NCBI GenBank assembly: GCA_030599585.1 | Contig: JAUVNS010000020.1 | Location: 1-64,000, forward strand | Direction: 5' to 3' | Origin: Promethearchaeota archaeon | GTDB taxonomy: Archaea; Asgardarchaeota; Lokiarchaeia; Sigyniarchaeales; SOKP01 | Length of the DNA stretch: 64,000 nucleotides | In this document: piece by piece, positions 27,057-37,256 of the stretch | Numbering within the stretch: the first letter of the stretch is position 1 | How the letters are laid out: each line of letters starts with the position of its first letter | Notes under the pieces: generated by a model | Told to the model about the DNA's origin: nothing | The model's database searches: none | The model's input: the letters and a program-made list of their open reading frames with translations, nothing else | Translations under genes and position numbers: made by a program

Positions 27057-28250
27057 ATGGAAACTAAAGCAAATAAAATATACATGCTGTTAATATATAC
27101 AATTTTCCCTACTGTTGCTTCAATAATCTATTTAATTGAAGAACCAATACCTTATCTAGGATTCGATGATTTAATTCATAGAACGAGTAGTATATTTGGT
27201 ATTTTCGCTTTTATTTGGATGTGTTTTAACATCATCATCATGACAAAGATTAAAGTCATAGAAACAAATTATAGCTTGGATTGGTTAAACAAATTTCATA
27301 TGTGGACAGCGGTTATTGCAATAATACTTGGCTCCCTCCATTATCCATTAATGCGTATAGGAGGAGCTATGGATCCAATTCAATTACGTACGGGAAATTT
27401 TGGATGGGCTTCTTTTGTTATTCTATTGGTATTGGCAAAAATCTTCATGTCAAATAATCTAGTGAAGTACAAAGCAATCGGAAAATTAAGATTGTCTGCA
27501 TACATTATGAGATTTAACTATGGCATCAATAAAATCCTTCATAATGTTATGTTGGTAGGATTGGCTCTCATTTTTTACCACTCGATAATATCGTTCACAT
27601 CCATAAGTTCGTTGTACATGCTTGGCGTATATTACTTTTTCTTTGGCATTACGATTATCGGATGGTTTTATCACAAGTTGATTCGAATGTTTCGATCTAC
27701 AAGTGACCCCTATGCGTATCGTAAAAGTTCTTGGGACGATGTAGGCTTGGATGGCATCTCAAAAACGTATAAAAAGTGGGCTTATCGTTCAATAAAGCAA
27801 AACCCTTCCCTCTATCCGTGTTTGCAATGTGGAACGTGTACGTCTGAATGTCCTGTTTCCATTGTTACTAAGGGAAGCTATAACCCAAGAAGGAATATCT
27901 TAGCCACTCTTTTAGGGTATAAAGATTTGCTTCTAAATGGGGACGATTTAGTCATTTGGGGTTGTACCGATTGTCATACTTGTGTAGAAGTATGTCCTCA
28001 AGGTATCGAACTGACAGATTTATTCGCATCCTTGAAGAACCAGAGTATTGCTTTAGGTAAAGGACCAGATTATATTATCGAACAAGCCAAAACAATTTTT
28101 GACAATGCGAAAGCTATTCCCTCTCAGCCAGCTATCGAACGAAGGCGACAAGAATTAGGGTTACCAGCAGTTTCTGAACCAGATATCAGTGAAGTGCAAA
28201 CTTTACTAACTAACTTAGGAATTAAAGATAAATTTGAATTGAGAACTTAA
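27057..28250 (+). CDS. Fusion of a ferric-reductase-like cytochrome b TM domain with an HdrC-like 2x[4Fe-4S] domain
   Basis: About 6 TMs with His pairs FHMW...LHY and LHNV...YH, then CLQCGTCTSECP...YNPR...IWGCTDCHTCVEVCPQG and an HdrC-type tail RRQELGLP. Confidence 0.8.
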   Translation: METKANKIYMLLIYTIFPTVASIIYLIEEPIPYLGFDDLIHRTSSIFGIFAFIWMCFNIIIMTKIKVIETNYSLDWLNKFHMWTAVIAIILGSLHYPLMRIGGAMDPIQLRTGNFGWASFVILLVLAKIFMSNNLVKYKAIGKLRLSAYIMRFNYGINKILHNVMLVGLALIFYHSIISFTSISSLYMLGVYYFFFGITIIGWFYHKLIRMFRSTSDPYAYRKSSWDDVGLDGISKTYKKWAYRSIKQNPSLYPCLQCGTCTSECPVSIVTKGSYNPRRNILATLLGYKDLLLNGDDLVIWGCTDCHTCVEVCPQGIELTDLFASLKNQSIALGKGPDYIIEQAKTIFDNAKAIPSQPAIERRRQELGLPAVSEPDISEVQTLLTNLGIKDKFELRT

Positions 28251-28486
28251 CTCAATAAAAAGTAAAAAATTAAAGAATAAAGGTTCAAAAAAATTAAATG
28301 AATTGAGATTTCATATTTTTTTCTTGTTTTCTTTTAAGATTTTTATCTGTATTTTCAGATACAAATATACAATAAAGGTTATAGTTTATTTAGACAAATT
28401 ATAAATTTTATTGATTATTTGATTATTCAAATAGTAAAAAAAAATTTGTAATAAAAATTATTTAAAAATTCTATTAGGAGAGATTC

Positions 28487-29203
28487 ATGTTCCAGCAAGC
28501 AGGAAGGGGCTATGATATGGCTATAACTCAGTTTTCCCCTGAGGGTCGTCTTTTTCAGGTTGAGTACGCCATAGAAGCTGTGAGAAGAGGAACAACATCT
28601 ATTGTATGCAGAAATAAAAATTCTGTTGTATTTACAGTAGAGAAAAAGAGTTCCGAGCTTCAAGAGATTATTGGCTCTGAGAAAATTTTTAAAGTTGACG
28701 ACCATATTGGAGTAGCCATTGCCGGTTTAACAGCTGACGCAAGAGTTTTAGTTGATAGAGCTCGCGTCCAAGCACAGGTTAATATTTTAAATTATGATGA
28801 AACAATTTCTGTAAAAGATAGCACTTTAAACATTTGCGAATACCTCCAAATGTTTACTCAGAATGCGGGCGTAAGGCCTTTTGGAGTAAGTTTCCTTATA
28901 GCCGGAATTGATTCCAATGGAGAAGCTTCCTTGTATTTAACTGATCCCTCTGGCGCTATGTGGGGCTATAAAGCCTTTGCGATTGGGTCAGGAGCGACTG
29001 AAGCAAGAGCTTACCTTGAAGAAAATTATATAGAAGATATAAGTGATGAGGACCTAAAGTTGTTACCTTTAAGGACCTTGAAGGAATTAATGGGTGAAAA
29101 TTTAAACAAAGATACTTGTGATGTAGCTTTTATTATGAAAGACGATTTAAAATTTAAGCTATTAAATGACCAAGAAAAGGAAGAATTATTAACAAAAATA
29201 TAA
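28487..29203 (+). CDS. psmA: Proteasome alpha subunit
   Basis: Motifs GYDMAITQFSPEGRLFQVEYA, GVRPFGVS and TDPSG. Confidence 0.97.
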   Translation: MFQQAGRGYDMAITQFSPEGRLFQVEYAIEAVRRGTTSIVCRNKNSVVFTVEKKSSELQEIIGSEKIFKVDDHIGVAIAGLTADARVLVDRARVQAQVNILNYDETISVKDSTLNICEYLQMFTQNAGVRPFGVSFLIAGIDSNGEASLYLTDPSGAMWGYKAFAIGSGATEARAYLEENYIEDISDEDLKLLPLRTLKELMGENLNKDTCDVAFIMKDDLKFKLLNDQEKEELLTKI

Positions 29204-29320
29204 TCTTCTTACAGTTATATCTGATTCAAGGTTATCTCAAATTAACGTTTATCTAATAATAGAAGGCAAAAAACAAACAGTAACGAGATATTTCCACAAA
29301 TTAAATAGAGTTAAGTTTCA

Positions 29321-30112
29321 ATGATTGGCAGAGCGCGGATAGATTTAGGTGGTTTTATAATCGGACGCATTGCAAAAGAGGGTCGAACATTTGAAATGCT
29401 ACTATCCCCAGATCAGGCTTGGGAAGCAAAAAAAATGATTCGAGACGAAATCAATAAGCGTCTTGTGGAGGGAAAGGATAAATCTCGTTTTTCAGTTGAC
29501 GAACTTCTAAAAAATCCTAAAATATCAGTTGAATTAATTTTCGAAAGTTTTATTGTATTTGAGGATTTAAGACGAGGAAAAAAAGCTACAGATGGTGATA
29601 TGGAGGCTGTATTTAACACTTCAGAAGGGAGAATTATAGCGGGCCATATTTTACTTGATGGGGAGATTCAATGGACACGCTCTCAAAGAGATGAAGAGAG
29701 GGATAAGAAATTAAAACAAATTATAACGATAATTACTAAAAATGCGATAAATCCCCAAAATAAGAAGCCACATCCTTATCAAAGAATTGAGAAAGCAATA
29801 GAAGAAGCCAAAGTTAAAGTTGACTTGATGAGAAGCGCAGAAGAACAGGTAGATGATGTTATTAAACAGTTACGGGCAATCATACCTATTCGAATGGAAC
29901 AGGTAGAACTCGCTCTTAAAATACCCTCAGCATTTACAGCGAAAGGTTATAATGTTGTAGCGCAATTAGCACAAATTAAGAAAGAGGAGTGGCAATCGGA
30001 TGGTTCGTGGGTATCTGTTGTTAGTTTGCCAGCAGGGTTGCAGATGGAATTAGTAGATAAGTTAAATAAACTTACTCATGGAAGAGTTCAAACTAAAATT
30101 ATAAAATCTTAA
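29321..30112 (+). CDS. sdo1: Ribosome maturation factor SBDS/Sdo1
   Basis: Motifs INPQNKKPHP-RIEKA, AEEQV...IPIR and EEWQSDGSW; located between psmA and rrp4. Confidence 0.93.
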   Translation: MIGRARIDLGGFIIGRIAKEGRTFEMLLSPDQAWEAKKMIRDEINKRLVEGKDKSRFSVDELLKNPKISVELIFESFIVFEDLRRGKKATDGDMEAVFNTSEGRIIAGHILLDGEIQWTRSQRDEERDKKLKQIITIITKNAINPQNKKPHPYQRIEKAIEEAKVKVDLMRSAEEQVDDVIKQLRAIIPIRMEQVELALKIPSAFTAKGYNVVAQLAQIKKEEWQSDGSWVSVVSLPAGLQMELVDKLNKLTHGRVQTKIIKS

Positions 30113-30204
30113 CTGAATAATTGTTGACTAATTTTTGTATAGATTTTTTTTTACGACATTGGTTAAGTTAAAACATAATTAATAAGAAGAAGTGAGTTTA
30201 AGAA

Positions 30205-31023
30205 ATGGACGACGAGAAAAATGAAGTTAATGAAGAACCTACAACGGACAATTCTGAAGATGTAGATGCTGATGAGTTTGATGACGAGGAAACTTCCCGC
30301 GATCTTGTAGTACCTGGAGAAACTTTAACAGAAGACACAAAAACTTATCTACCAGGACGTGGAACTATATTTAATAAAGATAGAACTAAGATTATTTCCC
30401 TAAATATTGGATTAAAACAAGTTAAGAGAAATTACATAAATGTAATTCCCCTTAGAGGGTTTTATACACCCCGTCCAGGAGACAAAGTAATTGCGTTAGT
30501 TACAGATAAAAATCCTGTTAAATACATCTGTGATATAAATGCGAAAGACAGAGGTATTTTAAAACCTAAAAACACCGTAGCAAGAGGAAAACCGAGAGGA
30601 TACAGAGGTGGAGCACCTGATCGACATGATCGTCAGGATAATTCTACAGAAAAGTATAAAATCGGAGATATTTTAATAGTTAAAGTACTTTCAGCAGATA
30701 GGTTAAATAAACCGGAATTAACAACTGTTGGTAAATATTTAGGTAAAAGAAGGGATGGATTAGTAATCACAATTGACACTCCAAAAATACCCCGAGTTAT
30801 AGGCCGTAGTGGTTCGATGATTAAAATGTTAAAAGATCTAACTAAAAGTAATATATTTGTGACCCAAAATGGTCGTATCTGGTTAAAAGGCGAAAATTTG
30901 GCTCATGAAAGATTATTAATAGATGCAATACGAAAAATAGAAAAAGAAGCTCATACAGTTGGGCTAACAGACCGAATGTCTGAATATATTGAAAATGAAA
31001 AAAAGATAAGAGGTATGAATTAA
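30205..31023 (+). CDS. rrp4: Exosome RNA-binding subunit Rrp4
   Basis: LVVPGE, S1 domain, KH motif PRVIGRSGSMI, QNGRIW. Confidence 0.93.
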   Translation: MDDEKNEVNEEPTTDNSEDVDADEFDDEETSRDLVVPGETLTEDTKTYLPGRGTIFNKDRTKIISLNIGLKQVKRNYINVIPLRGFYTPRPGDKVIALVTDKNPVKYICDINAKDRGILKPKNTVARGKPRGYRGGAPDRHDRQDNSTEKYKIGDILIVKVLSADRLNKPELTTVGKYLGKRRDGLVITIDTPKIPRVIGRSGSMIKMLKDLTKSNIFVTQNGRIWLKGENLAHERLLIDAIRKIEKEAHTVGLTDRMSEYIENEKKIRGMN

Positions 31024-31785
31024 ATGCCGTTAATTATTAAAGATGAGTATCCGGAGAAGTTATTTCGTGAAGATGGTAAGAGACTAGACGGTCGAGATAA
31101 GAACGAGTTGAGACCTATTAAAATGGAGGTAGGAGTGTTAGAAAATGCTGACGGTTCGGCTTACTTGGAATGGGGTAACAACAAAATCTATTGTGCCGTT
31201 TATGGACCCAGAGAAGTTCACCCTCACCATTTAGCAAAACCGGACAGAGGAATCTTACGCGTTTTTTATCGGATGGCAACTTTTTCGGTATTTGAAAGAA
31301 AACGACCTGCTCCTGGGCGCCGAGAAAAAGAAGTTTCAATGGTAATAAGGGACTGCTTGAAACCCGTTCTCTTTTTAGAACTTTATCCTGGAACATCCTT
31401 TGAAGTTTTTATCAACGTTTTAGATGCAGATGGTGGAACACGATGTGCTTGTACGACTGTTGCAGCATTAGCACTTGCAGATGCAGGTATTCCTATGAGA
31501 AGTTTAGTAACCGCAGTTGCTATAGGTAAAATTGATGGAGAATTAATTACTGATCTATCAGGAATAGAAGATAAAGCAGGTGAGGCGGATTTACCTTGCG
31601 CAATGACTTGGTTTAACGAAGAACTGTCGTTACTTCAATTCGATGGTAGTATGGACTTAGATGAATTTAGCAAAAGTTTAACCCTTGCTAAAGAGGCAAT
31701 CTCTAAAATCTATGAAATTCAGTTGAATGCGTTGAAAAAGAAATATATTGATATTCAAGAAGAATACAGCGGAGGAAAGAAATAA
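31024..31785 (+). CDS. rrp41: Exosome catalytic subunit Rrp41
   Basis: Motifs RLDGR...ELRP, ADGSAY, VYGPRE, ADGGTR and EDKAGEADLP. Confidence 0.96.
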   Translation: MPLIIKDEYPEKLFREDGKRLDGRDKNELRPIKMEVGVLENADGSAYLEWGNNKIYCAVYGPREVHPHHLAKPDRGILRVFYRMATFSVFERKRPAPGRREKEVSMVIRDCLKPVLFLELYPGTSFEVFINVLDADGGTRCACTTVAALALADAGIPMRSLVTAVAIGKIDGELITDLSGIEDKAGEADLPCAMTWFNEELSLLQFDGSMDLDEFSKSLTLAKEAISKIYEIQLNALKKKYIDIQEEYSGGKK

Positions 31786-31786
31786 A

Positions 31787-32605
31787 ATGATGAATATTAA
31801 GCGAGTAATATCGACTATAGAAAAGAATTATATTCTTTCTAATCTAAAAAAAGGAGAAAGAATCGATGGCAGAGATCTTTGGCAATACAGAGACTGGAAT
31901 GTTAAAAGTAATGTAATCGCTTCAGCGGAGGGATCTGCTGAAGTCTCTTTAGGAAAAACAAAGGTGATCACTGGAGTGAAGTACGATGTAGGTACACCAT
32001 TTCCAGATCTTCCTAACGAGGGAGTTTGTACATTTATGGCCGAACTATTACCTTTAGCATCTCCTTTGTTTGAAAGAGGGCCACCTAACGAACAAGCTAT
32101 AGAATTAGCACGCGTTGTGGATAGGGGAATTCGTCATGCAGATTGTGTACAGACTAAAAAGCTTTGTATAAAGGAAAAGAAAGCAGTCTATATTATATTC
32201 GTGGATATTTATGTAATTAGTTATTCAGGAAATTTAATTGATGCTAGTGGTATTAGTTCTTTAGCTGCGTTAATTTCAAGCAAAATCCCCGAAGGAAAAT
32301 GGGAGAACGATGAAGTTGTATGGACGGGAAAATATTTGACAGGAAAAACACTTGTGAACGAATTACCTATAGTTTCAACGTATGGAAAGATTGGAGATAT
32401 TATTTTTTCAGATCCGAGTTTACCAGAAGAATTAGTATGCGATGGAAGAATTTCAATTTCGGTAACTGAAGATAAGATAACATCTATTCAAAAAAGTGGA
32501 TTTGCTACTTTTTCTGTAGAAGAAGTTGAGATGTTAGGTAAAAAATCTATGGAGTTTGGTAAGAAGACCAGAAAAGATTTAAATCTATGGCAGTACAAGC
32601 TTTAG
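31787..32605 (+). CDS. rrp42: Exosome subunit Rrp42
   Basis: Motifs RIDGR, AEGSA, PFPDLPNEG, ELARVVDRGIR and GNLIDA. Confidence 0.95.
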   Translation: MMNIKRVISTIEKNYILSNLKKGERIDGRDLWQYRDWNVKSNVIASAEGSAEVSLGKTKVITGVKYDVGTPFPDLPNEGVCTFMAELLPLASPLFERGPPNEQAIELARVVDRGIRHADCVQTKKLCIKEKKAVYIIFVDIYVISYSGNLIDASGISSLAALISSKIPEGKWENDEVVWTGKYLTGKTLVNELPIVSTYGKIGDIIFSDPSLPEELVCDGRISISVTEDKITSIQKSGFATFSVEEVEMLGKKSMEFGKKTRKDLNLWQYKL

Positions 32606-32685
32606 GACTAAGCTTTTTAAATAATCTAAATTTTTTTATATTTTATTTTTAATTTATAGGAAACATGACCAATTCATTTTTTAAT

Positions 32686-33660
32686 TTAAGTTAGTTTTCT
32701 TACTTTTCTCAGAGTTTCAAAAGTACCATATCCTCCTTTTATTCCATCGAGCTCAAATGTTCCAAAGGATTGAACTAAAATCGAGTGGTTTCCTTCACTA
32801 TCCTGAAAATGGATAGGAATAATTGGTCCTACTTTCGCCTTAAGTATGTGGCGATTATTTTGAGCATCTATTAATTCTAACTCAGAACTTACAGGGAAAA
32901 CATTATCATCCTGAAATGTTTGGTTTAGTATTCGAAGCGTCTTCAGAGGAATATTTTTTCCATCTTTAAACAAAAAACCTCCAGTAGAAACTCGGCCATC
33001 GTTTGTAATTATTGCTGCGGGATTAATTGCTAGATTTTCATTAAACCATACCACGTAATAAAACCAATCTCCAACTCCGGTCCAGTCTCTCACGCCATAA
33101 GTGTGATCCCTTTGCGCCATAACTTGTTTTAATAGATATTCTTTGTTATTGAAATTTAATTTTCCTGAAACGACTCCTATTTGTTCCCAATGTTTATCTC
33201 CGGATTTTTTACCAATTTCCAGTGATTCTGGAGTCATAAATTCGCTGTATTCATATGGATCATTTATAGGTTCATACGACAAGTCCATACTTACAGACTG
33301 AATATCCATAATCAGTTTTGAGTCTTCCTTTACTTTCGCTATGTCTAGAGAATTCTTTACGAAAATCATTTTTCCATTAAATTTGTACATCCATTTGCCA
33401 CTAGGCTTCCAACCATGCTCCATACCCTTTACTTTAATATCGTTGGTGAAATTCTTTTGTTTAATTTGTTGATGATATCCTGCCGCAGATCCATCGGGAA
33501 GAAAGAGAAAAAAAAAGGTCATTGCTTCCTGTTTATTAGGCTTGAAACCAATTCTAGACATCCCTCCCAATTTATCATGTTTACTATAAAAAACGAAATA
33601 ATAACTCTCATTCCATTCTAAATGATTTGTAATGTTTTCGTTATGTGTTATCTTTTCCAT
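32686..33660 (-). CDS. Hypothetical beta-barrel protein (tocopherol-cyclase/lipocalin-like, WNES...RDH-GxRDW family)
   Basis: Motifs WNESYYF, HWEQIG and QRDHTYGVRDW. Confidence 0.6.
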   Translation of the reverse strand: MEKITHNENITNHLEWNESYYFVFYSKHDKLGGMSRIGFKPNKQEAMTFFFLFLPDGSAAGYHQQIKQKNFTNDIKVKGMEHGWKPSGKWMYKFNGKMIFVKNSLDIAKVKEDSKLIMDIQSVSMDLSYEPINDPYEYSEFMTPESLEIGKKSGDKHWEQIGVVSGKLNFNNKEYLLKQVMAQRDHTYGVRDWTGVGDWFYYVVWFNENLAINPAAIITNDGRVSTGGFLFKDGKNIPLKTLRILNQTFQDDNVFPVSSELELIDAQNNRHILKAKVGPIIPIHFQDSEGNHSILVQSFGTFELDGIKGGYGTFETLRKVRKLT

Positions 33661-33677
33661 TATATAGCACTACTCCG

Positions 33678-36398
33678 TTATTTTTTAATGGTTATTATTC
33701 CATCATATCCATTAATTGTTACTATTTGATTATTGTTGAATAATTTACACGCATTTGGAATATTAGTAACCGCAGGGATTCCATATTCTCGAGATACAAC
33801 TGCCCCATGAGATAGAATTCCTCCTGTTTCAGTAATCAGACCTCCAATTTTTGAAAAAACGGGTGTCCATCCGGGATCTGTTCGAGGAACTACAAGGATC
33901 TCGTTTGTTTGAACGGTAGAGATTTGATCAATTGTATTAATGATATGAATTTTACCAGTAAATAACCCTTGACTTGCTGGAATCCCTCGAAAGTTTTCAC
34001 TATTTTTAGAAAATTTAAGTACATCATTATATTCTTGAGAGCCTAAAAGAAATTTTGGAGGAAGCTCGTTCTCGAATTTAAGAAACTCATCTTTTCTTTT
34101 ATTAACTTCAGCTTTCAGCTTTAAAATTTCCTCATCTTTGTATTTATTGCGTAATAAATTTTCAACTTCTTTTTTTTTAAGGAAGAACACATCATTTTCT
34201 TCCTTTAAAAAATCCTCATTTTTCAATAATTTTCCTATCTTCAGGTAAACGATTCTGTTTCGAGTTATCCAACGATCCAAGATGAACCTCTGGTTTTCTC
34301 GAAAAATAATATAAACTCTACTTATTTTTAGAATAGTATTATAAATCTTCCATTTAATAAATCCAAAATGTAGTGCCCGAATTTTACTTGCAACGATACT
34401 CTCTATTTTTTTTCGATAATTTTGATTTGCAAATTTGTTCCTTTCTTGTTTGACGTCATCAACCATTATTAACGATTTCAAAATGTTGAAAATATGTATC
34501 ATTGGTTTTTCTTTCCAACGCGGGTAAAAGGGTTCCCTCGTGAATCCACGATCTCCGAAGTTTTTTAAAAATTTGTTTAGCTCAGTTAAAAAATATTGAA
34601 TCGAATCATCATTGTGAGGAATTAAAAGATTGTATATACTATCCGAAGGATTATCTTCGACTAGAGATTTAAGAACAGGAGTTTTTTGGATTATGCGAGC
34701 TAATAAATGAATTTCTTCGTTAGTTTCAGTTAGTTTGTGTCTTAATCCAGAGATTAAAATAGGATAATATTTATGCGTTGCTTCTTCGCCTAGAAAACGA
34801 GTAAGAAGGTATTGCGTTAACAAGTTCATCCCGATATTGTGAACAGGTATTCCATACCTAACCAATCGGAAGTGTGGAATCATTATGCGATCAAGTTGAT
34901 CAATTAGAGATAAAAAATCATCACGTTTTAATTGATTTTCAGTTAATTTGTCAAATTTATTACAAAAGGGTACGAAAGTTCCGGTTGTCCATTCTTCGTA
35001 TTTATTAGCTGTTTTAGTAATACTTCCATCAGGATCGTGAAACATTATTCGAAGTTCTGCGATTATACGACTTTTCGTGCGAAAAGGTAGGTTTTTTATA
35101 GTTTCCTTACCGTAATGACCGTAACCCGTTGGAAAATAGTTTAAAATATCTTCATTTCGCATTATTGATGGTATTTCATTTTCAACTTTTTGCCTTAGAA
35201 CTTTTAAATTAAAATAAACATGGCCATTGTGAAGTTTAAGAAGTTTTTTGTCCATGCTTGTGTAGCCCATTATGCTATTGAGTTCGATATTAACAATGTT
35301 TGTTAAATGACTACCTAGTAAGTCAAAAAAAAGAGGAGTAACAGGATCATTCCAATAATCATCGCTATAGCCTCGAGTCCAAAGTACATCGTGGTCTTCT
35401 GTTTTGTTTTCTAAGGTTGTTATAGGCCGAGTTTGAAGCAGCCAAATTTGGTCGTCTGAATTTATAGCCCATTCAATATCTTGGGGCTTATTACCAAATA
35501 GATTTTCAACAGTCCCCCCAATTTTAGCTAGCTTAAAAATAATATCGTCTGAGAGTGAAGCCTCTGACCTCTTTTGTTCAGCCAGAAGAACAGAGTTAAC
35601 ACCACCACCCTTCTGGCGATCTTTGGGATATGTTGCATAAAGTTTGTTGCCGATTTTCTTACTAATTATTTTAAATCGTTCTATCCCTTTTTTAATAAAG
35701 GTTTGAACGATGTATTGATCGGGGTTAATCTGACCCGATACTAAGGATTCTCCTAATCCGAAATTTGATTCTATAAGACATTCCGTATAGTTATTTGTTA
35801 TCGGATTGGCTGTAAATAAAACACCAGAAGACTTCACTTCAATCATTTTCTGAATTAAAACTGCGATATTTACGCTGCTGTGAGGGATTTTATTTTTCTC
35901 TCTATAAGAAATTGCTCTTTCAGTCCAGAGTGATGCGTAACATTTTTTTATATTAAGTGTAATATTTTCAAGACCGATTATGTTTAAAAACGTATCATAT
36001 TGTCCCGCAAACGAACTTGCGGGTAAATCTTCAGCTGTAGCAGATGATCTCACTGCAAAACTAAAGTTATTGTATAAATTATGGTTGATTGATAACTCTT
36101 TAATTAACTCGTCAGGGAGTGGGCTCTCAAGGATTTTTTTTCTGATAAATTCTGATTTTTCTACAATTGAGCTGTAGATATTATAATTAATGGTTTCCAA
36201 CGATTTTTGGATTAATTTATCGATCCCATTATGATTTAGAAATAGTTTATAACCTGAAGTTTTAATTACATGCCCATCTGGTATGCTGAAATTATTTTTT
36301 AATAAAATATTAAGATTCAGAGCCTTGTTCCCAATATCGACTGCGTCCTCTTCTTTTACATGAGTTATGTCTATAATAAAAGGATAATCTACTTTCAA
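33678..36398 (-). CDS. PEP-utilising phosphotransferase with PPDK_N / central / C-terminal His-swivel domains (rifampicin-phosphotransferase-like architecture)
   Basis: Motifs GNKA, AVRSSATAED...SFAGQYDT, QDIEWA, LQTRPIT and C-terminal TDPGWTP...GGILSHGAVVSREYGIPAV. Confidence 0.88.
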   Translation of the reverse strand: MKVDYPFIIDITHVKEEDAVDIGNKALNLNILLKNNFSIPDGHVIKTSGYKLFLNHNGIDKLIQKSLETINYNIYSSIVEKSEFIRKKILESPLPDELIKELSINHNLYNNFSFAVRSSATAEDLPASSFAGQYDTFLNIIGLENITLNIKKCYASLWTERAISYREKNKIPHSSVNIAVLIQKMIEVKSSGVLFTANPITNNYTECLIESNFGLGESLVSGQINPDQYIVQTFIKKGIERFKIISKKIGNKLYATYPKDRQKGGGVNSVLLAEQKRSEASLSDDIIFKLAKIGGTVENLFGNKPQDIEWAINSDDQIWLLQTRPITTLENKTEDHDVLWTRGYSDDYWNDPVTPLFFDLLGSHLTNIVNIELNSIMGYTSMDKKLLKLHNGHVYFNLKVLRQKVENEIPSIMRNEDILNYFPTGYGHYGKETIKNLPFRTKSRIIAELRIMFHDPDGSITKTANKYEEWTTGTFVPFCNKFDKLTENQLKRDDFLSLIDQLDRIMIPHFRLVRYGIPVHNIGMNLLTQYLLTRFLGEEATHKYYPILISGLRHKLTETNEEIHLLARIIQKTPVLKSLVEDNPSDSIYNLLIPHNDDSIQYFLTELNKFLKNFGDRGFTREPFYPRWKEKPMIHIFNILKSLIMVDDVKQERNKFANQNYRKKIESIVASKIRALHFGFIKWKIYNTILKISRVYIIFRENQRFILDRWITRNRIVYLKIGKLLKNEDFLKEENDVFFLKKKEVENLLRNKYKDEEILKLKAEVNKRKDEFLKFENELPPKFLLGSQEYNDVLKFSKNSENFRGIPASQGLFTGKIHIINTIDQISTVQTNEILVVPRTDPGWTPVFSKIGGLITETGGILSHGAVVSREYGIPAVTNIPNACKLFNNNQIVTINGYDGIITIKK

Positions 36399-36610
36399 TT
36401 GAAACGCCTAAAATTCTTGAATTATAATTGAAAAATTTTGATGATAAAAATGTTACTATATCTTTGTTTAAAGCTTTTTTTAAAGGTTAATTAAGATAAT
36501 AGGGTTGACAATTGGTTTCAAGAGGAATTCTTATCTCCTCATTAGAAAAATTTAAAGTTTATAATAGTTTTTATTTAAATACAATATTATTAAAGAAACT
36601 AGTGAACGAT

Positions 36611-36901
36611 ATGGGTAAAACTAAAAAAACTGGGATATCCGCAAGGTTTGGAGCGCGTTATGGTTCTAATGTAAGAAAAAAATGGCGCTTGGTAATGGAG
36701 AAACAAAAAAGTGGTAATTTAAAATGCCCCCGATGCGAAACAAGAGGATCTATTAATAGAGTCTCGACGGGTATATGGCATTGTAAAAAATGCAATGCTA
36801 AGTTTACTGGTGGTGCTTATAACACCCAAACTCCTCGTGGAGCGGAATCATTTAGAATAGCGAAGCGAAAACAACGAGAGTTAGAAGTTGTAGAAGAATA
36901 A
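36611..36901 (+). CDS. rpl37ae: 50S ribosomal protein L37ae (eL43)
   Basis: Motif TKKTGISARFGARYG...CPRC...STGIWHCKKC...GGAY. Confidence 0.96.
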   Translation: MGKTKKTGISARFGARYGSNVRKKWRLVMEKQKSGNLKCPRCETRGSINRVSTGIWHCKKCNAKFTGGAYNTQTPRGAESFRIAKRKQRELEVVEE

Positions 36902-37170
36902 TGAATAAAAATAGCTTACTTATTATTAAATCCACTTTAGAGTTTCAATTTAAAACGCCGGAATTATGTAATTATTCTTATAACTCTATTTTACCTGAAT
37001 TTAAAGTTCAAAAATCAAAACGATCTACAATATCTTTAAAAAAAGAAGAAAATTCTTTGATCTTTTCAATAGAAAGTAAAGATATTACTGCGTTCAGGGC
37101 AACAGTTAATGATATTATCAGTTTTGGTCGGATATTTGAAGGCGTTATGAATATTGTAAATAGCACGTAA
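36901..37170 (+). CDS. pcc1: KEOPS subunit Pcc1
   Basis: Motif KRSTI...IESKDITAFRATVN; conserved position after rpl37ae. Confidence 0.82.
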   Translation: MNKNSLLIIKSTLEFQFKTPELCNYSYNSILPEFKVQKSKRSTISLKKEENSLIFSIESKDITAFRATVNDIISFGRIFEGVMNIVNST

Positions 37171-37256
37171 TAAGCCTCAGATTAATTTATTCATAAATTT
37201 CTTATTCCACATTTCATTTAATATTATTATTAAAAAAACAAATGTTGTGATTTTCG

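Noticed and set aside
36512-36610. N-terminal extension of rpl37ae; likewise for profilin (26377) and rrp42 (31748)
   Set aside because: Homology and SD positions support the downstream ATGs at 36611, 26428 and 31787.
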